Assembly (NCBI GenBank): GCA_903813345.2
Contig: CAIIXF020000001.1
Coordinates: 44,950,001 to 45,014,000 of the forward strand
Direction: 5' to 3'
DNA: 64,000 bases
From: Owenia fusiformis
Taxonomy: Eukaryota
Each line of letters opens with the position of its first letter. The stretch's first letter is position 1. This document shows, piece after piece, positions 62,230-64,000 of the stretch. The position numbers were made by a program, and so were the translations under genes. The notes below the pieces were generated by a model. The model was not told where the DNA came from, ran no database searches, and was given only the letters and a program-made list of their open reading frames with translations.

Positions 62230-63040
62230 AAATTCTAGTGACCAGTTCATCTGGTTAAAATAACGAAATAATGAAATGTAACCATGTGTCTACTTACCAG
62301 TTTGTTCAATGTCATCCATCCTGCTAGGTTACATTGTGCAACGCAGCCAAACACGACAATGAAGGCAACAACATATCGATATTGATCTTAGCAGAATTTT
62401 GGGAAATTTAGATTGTCCATTTTGCAAGCTCACGTCACTGTCATGTGATACGTGTCTGATCATGTGACACGTGTCTGATCACGTGACTAGTTACTGTATC
62501 GATCATGTGACTTAATGATGTGTCACCCAAACCATGTCTTCAAGGAAAACGGTAGTAAATATTTTTGAAAATGTTTTGCGAGCATTTTCTACTGATTATA
62601 GAAGGCCCAATTACGCAATGAACGAAACTGCTAAATTGTTTTTCGTGCCTAACAGGCCCAGTACGACACGGATGAAACTGCTAGATTTTTAGTCTGCTTA
62701 TTGATCTATTGATTCATAAAGACCTGAACTGATGCATTCAAGTAAGACCACCTCCTAAATGAAAACACTACACAAAAAGTGGTGAAAAACAAAGAACTAA
62801 AGTTGAAAGATCGCAACGTTTGCTACTTTGTTCAATTCCGGAAATCTCTAAGGGGCTGCAAATCTAAAATTTTTTAGATTTAGATTTATAACCTCAGAGT
62901 ACTGCCTTCAGTGTCGTGTTTGGCTGAGTTCCACAATGTAACCTAGCAGGATGGATGACATAGAACAAACTGATAAGAAGACACATGGTTACATTTCATT
63001 ATTTCATTATTTTAACCATATGAACTGGTCACTAGAATTT
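62230..63040. mobile_element. Foldback element with ~135-bp TIRs
   Basis: 62230-62368 is the reverse complement of 62903-63040. No direct-repeat TSD is seen. Confidence 0.85.
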
Positions 63041-63233
63041 AGATTTCAACTTTTCTCAATGATATTAAGTTTTTCTGTTTTCACATTTTATTCATGTTAC
63101 TTTATACAGTTTTGATTTCCAGTTGATAAAAATGACATGCATGTTATGTACTATCTGTTGATATCTTGATTGATTAAATTCTTGATTTCATTTACTAGGT
63201 CAAAGGTCATTGTAAATATTGGGGTTCGGAACC

Positions 63234-63673
63234 ATGGACTTTGACGCAACTCAAGCTGTAGACTTTGACTGTACACAGGCCATTGATGATTTCCCTGAGG
63301 AAGATTCCAAGCAGAACGTAAGTTTATGTGGGATGAAAATTCTTTGTACCTACAAGTTCTCTAATTACATAAGCTTTGAACAATTACATAATTTAGTACC
63401 AAACATGGCTTAGTTTGTAAAATATCATGAATTCAAATTCAAAAATGACTGTTAAATCCAAAGTGCACATGCGCATGATATCCACACAGAGTGTTTTCTG
63501 TGAAGCACCATCTGTATTGGGCGAGTAAGTTATTTCATAGAATAGATCATAGTTTGCATTCAGTTTGACATTTCAACCCTCTTCTATCTTAGAGACTATA
63601 ATATTGTAGGTTGGGAAATTGGTAGTTGCAGAACAAAAAGGATTCCCATTTACTGAGTTTGTACTGCAAAATG
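63234..63673 (+). CDS. MDC1: Mediator of DNA damage checkpoint 1-like, first two coding exons (gene continues beyond the window)
   Basis: Exons 63234-63317 and 63610-63673 give MDFDATQAVDFDCTQAIDDFPEEDSKQN-VGKLVVAEQKGFPFTEFVLQNG. This matches the recalled MDC1 N-terminus pattern (TQAID, acidic stretch, VGxL...P..dF.L..G start of the FHA domain). Confidence 0.75.
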
Positions 63674-64000
63674 GTAAGTCTATTAATATAATACCATTCA
63701 TTGACTCCTCATGGTCATATCTTGTTATTTGGTCCACATGTTGGATAGTAATAATACAATATAAGTATGTTTCATACAATATAATTATGTTTCATCTATT
63801 GGTTAAAAGAAACAAATACTACTCATGCACGGTGACCAAGAGTTAACAGTGCAAATCGGCCCGGTCGTGTTTTTTTAAACTCTTTAGTCGTGTTTTGTAA
63901 GAACATGGGATGCGACATTCGATAGAATGGAGCAAAAAGGTAAGAATATTCTATATTTTACAAACTTACATATCTTGACTTCTACCTAAGATGTTCTTCT

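Noticed and set aside
1..64000. tRNA, rRNA or other structured RNA genes
   Set aside because: None recognised by eye; the hairpins seen are explained by transposon TIRs. A covariance-model search was not possible.

Overview
AT-rich, intron-rich animal genomic DNA. The gene and repeat content looks like a marine invertebrate (possibly lophotrochozoan), but the species cannot be determined from this window. By manual GT-AG splicing I reconstruct nine gene models: (1) a multi-cysteine-cluster Toll-like/LRR gene disabled by three separate lesions; (2) an 8-exon secreted protein collinear with bacterial periplasmic amino-acid-binding proteins (HisJ/ArgT type); (3,4) two small W/Y/P-rich paralogues arranged head-to-head around an RFX X-box-like motif; (5) an SDR16C-type short-chain dehydrogenase; (6) a collagen+C1q protein; (7) a secreted, probably membrane-anchored serine beta-lactamase-like protein; (8) a C-type lectin+kringle protein; (9) the 5' end of an MDC1-like gene. 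Introns and intergenic DNA hold many non-autonomous DNA transposons, several nested, plus a probable LTR end with internal tandem repeats. All gene models and family assignments come from reading the sequence and from recalled family motifs; no database search was run.
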